Shown in pieces: positions 43,604-57,741 of a stretch of 64,000 nucleotides of DNA (positions are counted from its first letter, which is position 1; each line of letters starts with the position of its first letter). This stretch comes from the human T2T-CHM13v2.0 reference genome, Homo sapiens: NCBI RefSeq assembly GCF_009914755.1, contig NC_060947.1. One strand, written 5' to 3'. The position numbers and the translations under genes are program-made. The notes under the pieces were generated by a model. That model saw only the letters and a program-made list of their open reading frames with translations, was not told the origin of the DNA and did not search any database.

Positions 43604-44749
43604 TATGCGTTTGACAAAACTCACAGAACCTGCAACACCAAGGGTGAACCCTAATGTACACTAAGGAATTTAGGTAATGATATGTCAATGTTTGTTCAAC
43701 TGCAACGAATGTACTACTGTGGTGTGTGATGTTGATGGTGGGGAGGTTATGTATGTGTGGGCAGAAGGAGTATATGGGAATCCTCTGTTACTTTCCTCTC
43801 AATTTTGCTGTGAACCTAAAACTGCTTTAAAAGATAAAATGTATATTTTTTAAAAAATACATGTTTCATCTACCAACTGAAAAACAAATATTTATTTCAA
43901 GCACACATGTGAAATTTGTAAAAATTGAATGCATTCTAGGCCAAAAAACTCAAAAAATTCACAAATATGAATATCATACCTCATTCTTCAACCATAATTC
44001 TGATAAATAAAAATCAATAACCAAAAGAAACCCCTCAAAAAACCAGAGACTTTAAAACTGCAAATATGCACTTCTAAATATACGTGTTACAGAATAAATC
44101 TCAATGAAAATTATCAAATATTTAGAAATGATTGATAAAATAAGTACTACATATCAGAAATTACAGCAAATAGCTAATCAGTGGCAGGCCACAGCTGGTT
44201 TGTACCACCTCCTAGGAGCTGGTTTTTAAATATTCAGGAATTTGCCATCCCATTGTTAAATGACTTGAAATCATCCATGATGGGAACATTTATACTATTG
44301 AAATCAGCAAACACTATAGATCAGGCTTTCTTTATTCAACTTTTTTTCTGTCATTTTTTGATTTCTTTTCCTTTTTTTTTCAAAGAGTCTGTTTACCAGT
44401 CCACCACTCGGAAGGAAATGTAAAGTTATAAATACCTTTATTAAAAAACAAGAAACACTGAAAATTAGTAAGCTAAATATTCAACTCAATAAGGTAGAAT
44501 AAAAGAATAAAGCAGTGGTGTTAGCAAATGTGGAACAATCAGATTCGAATATAGTGCCATCATGAATGTTGGCAGATGTTTTCATTTATGCTAATGAGTA
44601 AGATGAAGTAAAACAACAAAGGCTTATTTTTGCACATCACTCATCAGTGATATGAGTGACTTATTTTCTGACTCAGACAATAGGTTCAAATACTGGAAGA
44701 ATATTTTCTAATTTTTTGTGGTATTCAAAATAGAATAGCTACAGATACT

Positions 44750-45046
44750 GGCCGGGCAGGGTGGCTCACGCCTGTAATCCCAGCACTTTGGGAGGCCGAA
44801 GCAGGTGGATCACCTGAGGTCAGGGGTTCAAGACCAGCCTGGCCAACATGGCAAAACCCCATCTGTACTAAAAATACAAATGTTACTCAGGCGTTGTGGC
44901 GGGCGCCTGTAATCCCAGATACTTGGGTGACTAACGCACGAGAATGGCTTGAACCCAGGAGACAGAGGTTGCAGTGAGCCGAGATCACACCACTGCACTC
45001 CAACCTAAGCAACAGAGTGAGGCTCTGTCTCAAAAAATATATATGT
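44750..45046 (+). mobile_element. AluS (Sx-like)
   Basis: GGCCGGGCAGGGTGGCTCACGCCTGTAATCC...; 21-bp TSD AAATAGAATAGCTACAGATAC at 44728-44748 and 45047-45067. Confidence 0.96.
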
Positions 45047-45194
45047 AAATAGAATAGCTACAGATACAATACAGTTTTAAGTTCAAGCTGCATTATTAAT
45101 ATTTTCTTTAACGCCTTCATCACATTCTTAAGTCCAGAGAACTAACAAAACAATATATCAAGCCCTGTAACATTGACAGATTCCTGTAGTTTAA

Positions 45195-45514
<320 letters not shown>

Positions 45515-45867
45515 AAGTTTAATACTCTGACTATGGTAAATTTTAAGCTGCCATGACATTACTGGGAAAAGATGCACAATAGCATACCATTATATAGCAT
45601 TTCCTCCATTCAGATACAATAGATGTAAATAACCTCTATATATAACATAAATAGTATAGAACATAAATACTAGTAAAACGTAAACTAATTAAGGAGTGAC
45701 AGGTTTGGGGTGCAAATTCAGTTTGTTTTTAATATAATTTAATTGTAATTTTATAAAATGTAATTTTAATAATAGTTGTCTCAACAGCCAGATGGCAAAT
45801 TTTCTGAAAACATTACAATTGATAATCACTAGCTGATATAAGCTGGCTCCAGCACACCACTGGTTAA

Positions 45868-46214
<347 letters not shown>

Positions 46215-46219
46215 TTAAT

Positions 46220-46900
46220 AAAATTTTAAAATGGACAAATTATAGGGGTGATGAACAAAACTAAAAGCTGCTTCTTTGAAAAGATTAATACAATAGTCAA
46301 ATATTTGTCAAGACCAATGAAGAAAAAAGAAAAGATACAAATAACATTAGGAATGCAAAATGGGACAAATGCATACATATAAAGCAGAAAGTTTTAAATT
46401 ATTAGAGAATACTATGTATGGCAATGATTTATGCTGATGATTAAGAGGAATGGATAATTTTCTAGAAAATTTTCATTTAACAAAATTGTCTCAAGAAACC
46501 AAAAATATGAATATACTAATGACCATTAAAGAAAATAGACTTGAAATTGAAAATATCACTCCAAATACAGATCTGCCCGGGCAGGTTTTGTGGGTGAATT
46601 TTACCAAACCCTCAAGGAACTGGTAATGTCATCTTTTAAAAACTATTCTATGAAATAGAAAAAGATGAAGAGATACCCATCTTATTTTATTTGCTGGTAT
46701 AACCTTGATACTAAAACCGAACAAAAACAGAGTAAGAAAATATACATTGGGCTCCTTTATGATCAGAAACTAAAAACAAAATCCTAAATAAAATTTAAAT
46801 AAAACTGACAAATCAAATCCATCAGTGTATAGACACAACCAACATCTTAACCAAATATATCCAGGAATGCAAGGATAATTCAACATTAGGAAATCTACCA
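46220..46900 (+). mobile_element. Old L1M ORF2 remnant (part of a fragmented sense L1M from about 41 kb to 48.57 kb)
   Basis: AAAAGCTGCTTCTTTGAAAAGATTAAT; GGTGAATTTTACCAAAC; CCAGGAATGCAAGGATAATTCAACATTAGGAAATC. Confidence 0.75.
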
Positions 46901-46929
46901 AGTCACTGGATTACTAGAATCACTGAGAA

Positions 46930-48065
46930 TTGGCCATTGCGGTTGCCATGTTGAACAGGTACCTTCACTAGAGCAGATTAATGTGGCTTCAGGTATATAG
47001 TTTGTATCCATTGATTTAGAACATGTATTATTTTCTATCCCCTTCAGAAAAGGGTATTGGAAACAGATTGCATTCACATGGAATGGAAAGAAATAAACAT
47101 TTACAATTTTGCCCCAGGTACATTTTAACTCTTCTGCTTTCTGCCATAATACAGACTAAAGAGATCTGGACAGTCTTCACATTTCAGGACATCACATAGA
47201 TTCATTGCACTTTTGACATCATGCTCATTGGGCAGAATGGGCAAAGAGGTGGCTTAATCACTGGAGGACTTGGCAAGACACAGGTGTGCTGCACATGGTG
47301 AAAGATAAATCCTACAAAGTTTCAGAGACCTGCCATTTTCTTAAAATTTTTAAGGTTCTGGTGGTGCCAAAATATCCATTCCATAGCAAAAGAATACTTG
47401 CAGCATCTTGCATTCCTTACCACAAAGGAGGAACCACAACACCTAATACGTCTGTTTGAGTTCTAGAGGTGACGCATTCTACAGTGACCCATATGCTGGA
47501 TGACAGAGAATGCTGTCAGCTTTGAGTGGAACTAGGAGAAAAAGAGGGCTCTGCAACAGATTAAAGTTATGATTCAAGCAGCTCTTCTGTTTGAAGCATA
47601 TTATTTGAAAGATCCTATGACATGGAAGTGCCAGTGGTAAGAAAAAAATCAATGTAAAATTAATGGCAAATTGTGGTGGAAAAATCACAGTGCTGGTCTC
47701 TGAGGTTCTGGAGCAAGACCATCTGCAGCAGAAAATTACATACCTTTTAAGAAACACCTCTTGGCATGTTGCTGGGCCCTAATAGAGATGGAGCACTTAA
47801 CTATGTGACATTAAGTGATAATGAACCCAGAACTGCTTGTTATGGCCTGAGTTTTGTAATACTCACCAAGGCATAAAGTCAGTCTGGCCCAGCAGTAGTC
47901 CATCGTAAGACAGAAATTGTACTCCAGGATTGAGATCTAAAAGGATCAGAGGACAATAGTAAGTTACATGAACAGGTAAACTAGACCCCCCATCAAACAC
48001 CACCACCATGTCACCGACGGTGCGCTAGCACTCTTCCTTTGGCTTGCTCCTATGGCTATACAGGT
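46930..48065 (+). pseudogene. pol: ERVL-class pol (RT and downstream domain) remnant without LTRs
   Basis: Degenerate translation SLEQINVASG, IDLEHVLFSIP, KQIAFTWNG, TFTILPQ, FCHN..RDLD, IHCTFDIMLIG (decayed YIDD), LACCWALIEMEHLTM, matching HERV-L/MuERV-L Pol motifs. Confidence 0.85.
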
Positions 48066-50199
48066 CATAGGTTGGGTATAGGTACCTAAATAATAAACAG
48101 ATCACAGTATGTACAACATTTTTATGCAGTGTCTTCTAAAACTTTATTGAAGAACATAAAAGTAGACCTAAATAAATTGAGAGATAAACCATGACAATTA
48201 TCTCAAGACTCTTCATAAATGTTAATCAATCCCAAGCAAAAATCTCAATAGCGTTTTTTGGTATAACTTGACAAACTGATTCTAAAATTTGTATGGAAGG
48301 ATTCAGGTCCAAAAATAGCCAAGAAAATCATATAATGCCAAAGAAGAGCTTGCCTACCAAATAGCATGGATTTTTATAAGACAATATAGTGATGGAACAG
48401 GAATAGTCAAATAGATCGATACAACAGAAAAAAAATCCAGTAATAGAATCATATATATATATATATGAATTTCATGTACTATGCAAATAGTTTTATAGAT
48501 CAGTGGAGAAAGGATAAACTGTTCAGTAATTGGTATTGGGATAAACTTTACTTTGTAAGGAAGCAAATCGATTTCCACATTGGCTAAATCATTTTACATG
48601 CCCACTAACAAAGTATGAGGATTCTGATTTTCTCCATACCTTTACCAACAACTTGTCTTAAAAATTTTTTTTTTGCTTACTACAGTTTTCCTAGTAAATG
48701 TGAAGTGATATCTATTTGTGGTTTTAATTTGTATTTCCATAGTGAGTAATAGACTAATGATGTTGGGAATTTTTTATGTGATTTTTGGCCATCTCTTTAT
48801 CTTCTTTGGAGAAATGTGTCTATAAGTTCTTTAGCCATTTTTAAATTGGTTGTTTGTCTTTTTGCTGTTTAGTTATAGGAGTTCTTTCTATATTCTGGAT
48901 ATTAAACCATTACCAGATACATGATTTACCAACATTTTCCTCCACTCTACAGATTGCCTTTTCACTTTTTTATTTGTAATTTGTAATTTTTGTGGGCATA
49001 CAGTAGATGTATATATTTATGGGTTACATGAGATATTTTGAAACAGGCATGGAATGTGAAATAATCACATCAGGGTAAATGGGGTATCCATCACCTCAAG
49101 CATTTATCCTTTGTGTTACAAACAATCTAACTATATGCCCTTTTAGTTATTTTTGAATGTACAGTTAAATTATTTTTTACTGTAGTCACTCTGTTGTGCT
49201 AGCAAATACTAAGTCTTATTCGTTTGTTCTATTTTTTGTACTCATTAACCATCCCCAATTTCCTCCCACTCCCTCCCCCACTACCCATCCCTGCCTTTGG
49301 TAACCATCCTTCTATTCTCTATTTCCATGTGTCCAGTTGTTTTCAGTTTTAGCTCCCACAAATAAGTGACAACATGCAACATGTGTCTTTCTATGCCTAG
49401 CTTATTTCACTTAACATAATGACCTCCAGGTTCATCCATGTTTTTGCAACTGAGAGGATCTCATTCTTTTTTATGCCTAAACAATATTCCACTGTGTATA
49501 TGTACCACATTTTCTGTATTCATTCATCTGTTGATGAACTCTTAGATTGCTTCCAAATAATGGCTACTATAAATAGTGCCAAAATAAACATGGGAGTGCA
49601 GATATCTCTTCAACATACTGATTTCCTTACTTTTACATATATACCTAGGAGTGGGATTACTGGATTATATGCTAGCTATATTTATAGTTTTTTCAGGAAC
49701 CTCCAAACTGTAATCCATAGTGGTTGTATTAACTTACATTTCCACCAACAGTGAATGAGGACTCCCTTTTCTCCACAACCTCCCCAGGCATTTGTTATTG
49801 CCCAACTTTTGAATAAAAGCCATTTTAACTGAGGTGAGATAATATCTCATTGCAATTTTGATTTTCATTTCTCTGATGATCAATGATGTTGAGTACATTT
49901 TCATATCTGTTTGCCATTTGTATGACTTCTTTAGAGAAATATCTAGTAAGATTTTCTGTCCGTTTTTAATCAGATCATTAGAATTTTTCCTATAGAGTTG
50001 TTTGAGCTCTTTTTATATTCTGGTTATTAAACACTTGTCAGACAGGTAGTTTGCAAATGTATCCTCCCATTCTGTGGATTGTCTCTTCACTTTGTTAATT
50101 GTCTCTTTTGCTCTGCAGAAGCTTTTTTACTTGATGTGATCCCATTTGTCCATTTTTGCTTTGGTTGCCAGCACTTGTGGAGTATTACTCAAAAGGTCT

Positions 50200-50530
50200 T
50201 TTTGTTGTTGTTGTTTTTGTTTTTGTTTTTGTTTTTTTTGAGACAGGGTCTTACTCTGTCACCCAGGCTGGAGTGCAATGGTGCAGTGGTGTAATCTCCA
50301 CTCACTGCAACCTCTACCTCCTGGGCTCAAATGATCCTCATGCCTCAGACCCCCAAGTAGCTGGGACTACAGGCATGTGCCACCATGCCTGGCTACTTTT
50401 TGTGTTTTTTGTGGAGACAGGGCTTCACCATGTTGCCTGGGCTTGTCTTGTACTTCTGGATTCAAAGGATCAATCCACCTCGGCCTCCCAAAGTCCTAGG
50501 ATTACTGACATGCGCCACTGTGCCCAGCCT
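50200..50530 (-). mobile_element. AluJ-like
   Basis: GAGACAGGGTCTTACTCTG, CTGGGCTCAAATGATCCTC; (TTTTTG)n tail. Confidence 0.9.
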
Positions 50531-51095
50531 ACTCAAGAAATGTTTGCCCAATCCAATGTCCTTGGGAGTTTCCCAATGTTTTCTTATTGTAGTTTCATAG
50601 TTTGAGGTCTTAGATTTAAGTCTTTAATCCATTTTGATTTGATTTTTGTATATGGTAAGAAATATGTGTCTAGTTTCATTCCTCTGCATATGGATAGCCA
50701 GTTTTTCCAGCACCATTTATTAAAGAGACTATGATTTCCCCAATGTATGTTCTTGGCATCTTTGTTAAAAGTGAGTTTGCTGTAGATGTATGAATTCATT
50801 TCTGGGTTCTCCATTCTGTTCCACTATCTATGTGTGTGTGTTGGTGTCAAAACCATGTTGTTTTGGTTATTACAGCTCTGTAGTATAATTTAAAGTCAGG
50901 TAATGTGATTCCTCCAGTTTGGTTCTGTTTGATTAGAATAGCTTTTGCAATTCTGGGTCTTTTGTGGTTTCCTATAGATTTTAGGAGTGTTTTTCTATTT
51001 CTGGGAAGAATGTCATTGGTATTTTGATAAGGATTGCATTAAGTCTCTGCTTTGCTTTGGTAGTATAAACATTTCAATAATATTAATTCTTCTAA

Positions 51096-51508
<413 letters not shown>

Positions 51509-54505
51509 TCTTTCACTTCTTTAGTTAAAATAATTCCTAGGTATTTTATTTTATTTGTAGCTATTGTAAATGGGATTACTTTTTTTATATTGTTTGCTGA
51601 TGGCATATAGACATACTATTAATTTTTGTATGTTGATTTTTGTATCCTGCAACTTTATTTAGTTTGTTTATCAGTTATAATAGTTTTTTTCAGTGGAGTC
51701 TTCAGATTTTTCCAAACATAAGATAATATCATCTGCAAACAAGGATAATTTGACTTTTATTTTTCCAATTTTGATGCCCTTTACTTCTTTCTCTTGTCTG
51801 ATTGCTCTAGCTAGGACGTGCACTACTATGATGAATAACATGAGTGGCAGTGGGCATCCTTGTCAGGTTCCAGATCTTAGTGAAAAGGCTTTCAGTTTTT
51901 CCCTATTCAGTATGATATGAGCTGTGGGTCTGTCATATACGACATTTATTATAGTGAGGTATGTTTCTTCTATACCTAGGTTTTTCAAGGATTTAACATG
52001 AAGAGATGTTGAATTTTAACAAATGATTTTTCAGCATCAACTGCAAATGTTATATGATTTTTCTCCTTTATTTTTTTGATATGATGTATTACATTAATTG
52101 AATTGCAAAGATTCAACCATACTTGCATCCCTGGGATAAATCCTACATCATCATGATGAATAATTTTTTTACTATGTTGTTGAATTTTGTTTTCTAAAGT
52201 TTTGTTGAGGATGTTTGCATCAATATTCATCAGTGATATTGGCCTATAGTTTTCTTTTGTTGATGTGTCTTTGTTTGGTTTTGGTATCAGGCCTCATAGA
52301 ATAACTTTGGAAGTATTCCCTCCTCCCCTATTTTTCAGAATAGTTTGAGTAGGATTGGTATTAGTTCTTCTTTAAATATTTGGTAGAATACAGTGGGGCA
52401 GGGCCAAGATGGCCTACTAAAAACAGCGGCATTCAGAGGCTCCCATTGAAAAGAATCGTAATAAGCATGTGAATCCTTCACCGGAAACTAAGGTATCCAG
52501 GTTCTCTCATCAGAACTGACTAGGAGGCTGGCGTGATCCATGGAGAGGAAGGAAGAACAGTGTGGTGTGGTGGCCCACCTGAGAGCCACATGGGACAGGG
52601 GAGCCCCCTCCCCCCAACCAAGGGAGGCAGTGAGTGAGCATGCTACCCAGTTTTTCCACAGAACTGTGCAACCCACGGAACCGAAGATCCCACTCATGCA
52701 CCCACGCCATCAGGGCCTAGTGTCCCAATCCTGGAGCTGTGCAGATTTTCAAATGCCTCTCAGCTAGAATCTGCTTAAGCCTACTGACATACTGGGGGAA
52801 GGGGTGACCAGCACCACAGCTGTGGCAGCCTGCTGTCTAAGCCATTTGAGTTCCTTGGGGGAAGGGCAGCAGCCAGCGCTGGGACTCACAACTGTCTAAC
52901 AAGCTAAGCTCCCTGGGCAGGGGAAGGGAAGCATCCATCTCTATAGCTCCAGGCTGCGTTTTTCCCTTGCTGGAGACAGGGAGGCTGGATGTCTTGGTCC
53001 GAAGATGTGTCACCCACAGCCCAACGCACCAGCTGTGGCAGACTGTGGCCAGAGTGCCCCTTCAGGCCTAACCCTGACTCATCCTTCCTCATTGGGTGGG
53101 GCTTCCTTGCAGGAACTCCAGTAACTCCAGCCAGATGCTCAGGGACAGAACACGGATTTCCCTGAACCTGAGCTCATAGGGGGAGGGGTGCCCACAGTCT
53201 CTGTGGACCAGCAGACTTATCCTTTCCTCCTGGTAGTTCTGAGGAATCTGAGCAACCAGATGAGTGGGTTTTCCCCCAGTGAAGCACACCACCTCCACCA
53301 AGTGACAAAGTGCTTCACTAAATGGGTCCTGTTCCCTGTGCCACCAAACTGGGTGAGACACTCCAATAGGGGATGTCAGACACCATATACAGGAGTGATC
53401 CTACTGGCATCAGATTGGTGCCCCTTGAGGTCAGAGGAGTAGGCACCCATTTTTGCTGTTCTCCAGCCTCCTCAAGTGACATCTCCAGGTGCGTGAGTGA
53501 ACCAGATTAATAGGGCCTGAATGAACCCCCGGAAAACAACAGGAGCCCTACAGAAGAGGGAGCAGACCATTGGAAAAAAAACCAACAAACCAGGAAGCAA
53601 CAACAACAGCATCAACAACAACAAAGCCCCCACAAAAACTCCATCCAATTGTCAGCAGCTTCAAAGATCGAAACTAGACAAACTCACGAAGATGAGAAAG
53701 AATAAACGAAAAAACGCTGAAAACCCAAAAGACTAGAGTGCCCCTTCTCCAAATGATCACAGTGCCTTTCCAGCAAGGACACAGAACTGGACAGAGGATG
53801 AGATGGATGAAGTGACAGAAGTAGGCTTCAGAAGATGGGTACTAAAAAACTATGTTGAGCTAAAGGAGCATGTTCTAACCCAATGCAAAGAAGCTAAGAA
53901 CTTTGATAAAAGGTTACAGGGGTTGCTAACTAGAATAACCAGTTCAGAGAAAAACATAAATGACCTGATGGAGCTGAAAAACAGCACGAGAACTTCATGA
54001 AGCATACACAAGTATAAATATCTGAATTGACCGAGTGGAAGAAAGGATATCAGAGGTTGAAAACCACCTTGCTGAAATGAGGCATGCAGACAAGATTAGA
54101 GAAAAAAAGAATGAATAGGAATGAACAAAGCCTCAAGAAATATGATACTTCATAAAAAGACAAAATGTAACATTGATTAGGGTACCTGAAGGAGATGGGA
54201 AGAATGAAAACAAGTTGGAAAACACACTTCATGGTATTATCCAGGAGAACTTTCCCAACTTAGAAAGACAGGCCAACAAGCAAATTCAGGAAATACAGAG
54301 AACACAACTAACATACTCCATGAGAAGTTCAACCCAAAGACACATAATCATCAGATTCTCCAAGGTCAAAATGAAAGAAAAAATGTTAAGGGCAGCCAGA
54401 GAAAAGGCCAGATCACTTACAAAGGGAAGCCCATCAGACTAACAGTGGAAATCTCAGCAGAAACCATACAAGCCAGAAGAGGCCACCCTAAAGAAAAGAA
54501 TTTTC

Positions 54506-56232
54506 TTTTTTTTATTATTATTATACTTTAAGTTTTAGGGTACATGTGCACAACGTGCAGGTTTGTTACATATGTATACATGTGACATGTTGGTGTGCTG
54601 CACCCATTAACTCGTCATTTAACATTAGATATATCTCCTAATGCTATCCCTCCCCCCTCCCCCCACCCCACAACAGGCCCCGGTGTGTGATGTTCCCCTT
54701 CCTGTGTCCATGTGCTCTCATTGTTCAATTCCCACCTATGAGTGAGAACATGCGGTGTTTGGTTTTTTGTCCTTGCGATAGTTTGCTGAGAATGATGGTT
54801 TCCAGCTTCATCCATGTCCCCACAAAGGACATGAACTCATCATTTTTTATGGCTGCATAGTATTCCATGGTGCATATGTGCCACCTTTTCTTAATCCATT
54901 CTATCATTGTTGGACATTTGGGTTGGTTCCCAGTCTTTGCTACTGTGAATAGTGCTGCAATAAACATACGTGTACATGTGTCTTTATAGCAGCATGTTTT
55001 ATAATCCTTTGGGTATATACCCAGTAATGGGATGGCTGGGTCAAATGGCATTTCTACTTCTAGATCCCTGAGGAATCGCCACACTGACTTCCACAATGGT
55101 TGAACTAGTTTACAGTCCCACCAACAGTGTAAAAGTGTTCCTATTTCTCCACATCCTCTCTAGCACCTGTTGTTTCCTGACATTTTAATGATCGCCATTC
55201 TAACTGGTGTGAGATGGTATCTCATTGTGGTTTTGATTTGCATTTCTCTGATAGCCAGTGATGATGAGCATTTTCTCATGTGTCTTTTGGCTGCATAAAT
55301 GTCTTCTTTTGAGAAGTGTCTGTTCATATCTTTCACCCACTTTTTGATGGGGTTGTTTGTTTTTTTCTTTTCTTTTTCTTTTATTATTATTATACTTTAA
55401 GTTTTAGGGTACATGTGCACAATGTGCAGGTTAGTTACATATGTATACTTGTGCCATGCTGGTGCGCTGCACCCATTAACTCATCATTTAGCATTAGGTA
55501 TATCTCCTAATGCTATCCCTCCCCCCTCCCCCGACCCCACCACAGTCCCCAGAGTGTGATGTTCCCTTTCTTGTGTCCATGTGTTCTCATTGTTCAATTC
55601 CCATCTATGAGTGAGAACATGCAGTGTTTGGTTTTTTGTTCTTGTGATACTTTACTGAGAATGATGATTTCCGATTTCATCCATGTCCCTACAAAGGACA
55701 TGAACTCATCATTTTTTATGGCTGCATAGTATTCCATGGTGTATATGTGCCACATTTTCTTAATCCAGTCTATCATTGTTGGACATTTGGGTTGGTTCCA
55801 AGTCTTTGCTATTGTGAATAGAGCCGCAATAAACATACGTGTGCATGTGTATTTATAGCAGCATGATTTATAGTCCTTTGGGTATATACCCAGTAATGGG
55901 ATGGCTGGGTCAAATGGTATTTCTAGTTCTAGATCCCTGAGGAATCGCCACACTGACTTCCACAATGGTTGAACTAGTTTACAGTCCCACCAACAGTATA
56001 GTTCATTGTAGATTCTGGATATTAGCCCTTTGTCAGATGAGTAGATTGCAAAAATTTTCTCCCATTCTGTAGGTTGCCTGTTCACCCTGATGGTAGTTTC
56101 TTTTGCTGTGCAGAAGCGCTTTAGTTTAATTAGATCCCATGTGTCAATTTTGGCTTTTGTTGCCATTGCTTCTGGTGTTTTAGACATGAAGTCCTTGCCC
56201 ATGCCTATGTCCTGAATGGTATTGCCTAGGTT
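54506..56232 (-). mobile_element. 5'-truncated L1PA4/5-like element containing a younger L1 3' end at about 55351-55999
   Basis: 17-bp TSD TAAAGAAAA(G/T)AATTTTC at 54489-54505 and 56233-56249; two tandem 3'UTRs with different diagnostic bases. Confidence 0.93.
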
Positions 56233-56701
56233 TAAAGAAAATAATTTTCAATCCAGAATTTCATAACCAGCCAAACTAAGCTTCATAAATGAAGGAGAAA
56301 TAAAATCCTTTACAGACAAGCAAATGCTGAGGGATTATGTCACCACCAGGCTTCCCTTGCAAGAGCTCCTGAAGGAATCACTAAATACGGAACAGAAAAA
56401 CCGGTACCAACCCCTGCAGAAACACATGAAAATATGAAGACCAATGACACTATGAAGAAACTGCATCAACTAGTCTACAAAATAACCAGCTAGCATCATG
56501 ATGACAAGATCAAATTTACACATAGCAATATTAACCTTAAATGTAAATGACTACATGTCCCAACTAAAAGACATGGACAGGCAAATTGGATAAAGAGTGA
56601 AGACCCATCAGTGTTCTGTATTCAGGAGTCCCATCTCATGTGCAAAGACACACATAGGCTCAAAATGAAGGGATGGAGAAAAGTTTACCAAGCAAATGGA
56701 A

Positions 56702-56742
<41 letters not shown>

Positions 56743-57741
56743 CAGAGGTCGCAATCCTAGTCTCTGACCAAACAGGTTTTAAACCAACAAAGATTCAAAA
56801 AAAAAAAAAAAAAAAAAAAAAAAAGACAAAGAAGGGCATTACATAATGGTAAAGGGAAAAATTCAACAAGAAGAGCTAACTATTCTAAATACACAGGCAC
56901 CCAATATAGGAGCACCCAGATTCATAAAACAAGTTCTTAGAGACCTACAAAGAGACTTAGACTCCCACAAAATAATAGTGGGAGACTTTAACAACCCACT
57001 GTCAACATTAGACAGATCAACAGACAGAAAATTGACACAGATATTCAGGACTTGAACTCAGCTCTGGACCAAGAGGACCTAATAGACATTTACAGAACTC
57101 TCCACCCCAAATCAACAGAATATACATTCTTCTCAGCACCACCTAGCTCTTATTCTAAAATCATCCACATAATTGAAAGTAAAACACTCCTCAGCAAATG
57201 CAAAAGAATGGAAATCATAACAGTCTCTCAGACCGCAGTGCAATAAAATTAAAACTCAGGATTAAGAAACTCACTCAAAACTGCACAACTACATGAAAAA
57301 GGAACAACCTGCTCCTGAATGACTGGGTAAATAAGAAAAAGGAAGGCAGAAATAAAGATGTTCTTTGAAACCAAACAGAAAAAAGACACAAAGTACCAGA
57401 ATCTCTGGGACACATTTAAAGCAGTGTGCAGAGGGAAATTTATAGCACTAAATGCTCACAAGAGAAAGCAGAAAAGATCTAAAATTGACACCCAACATCA
57501 CAATTAAAAGAACTAGAGAAGCAAGAGCAAACAAATTCAAAAGCTAGCAGAAGAGAAGAAATAACTAAGATCAGAGCAGAAGTGAAGAAGATAGAGACAC
57601 AAAAAAAACCTTCAAAAAATTAATGAATCCAGGAGCTGGTTTTTTTTGAAAAGATCAACAAAATAGATAGACTGCTAGCGAGACTAGTAAAGAAGAAAAG
57701 AGAGAAGAATCAAATAGCTGCAATAAAAAATGATAAAGGGG

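Larger units (their letters stand above)
41995..43855 (+). mobile_element. L1MC-like 3' end split by a MER4-group provirus
   Basis: ATTCCAACTATATGACATT...CATGTCATTATA / ...TTTGACAAAACTCACAGAA...GCTGTGAACCTAAAACTGCT. Confidence 0.8.
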
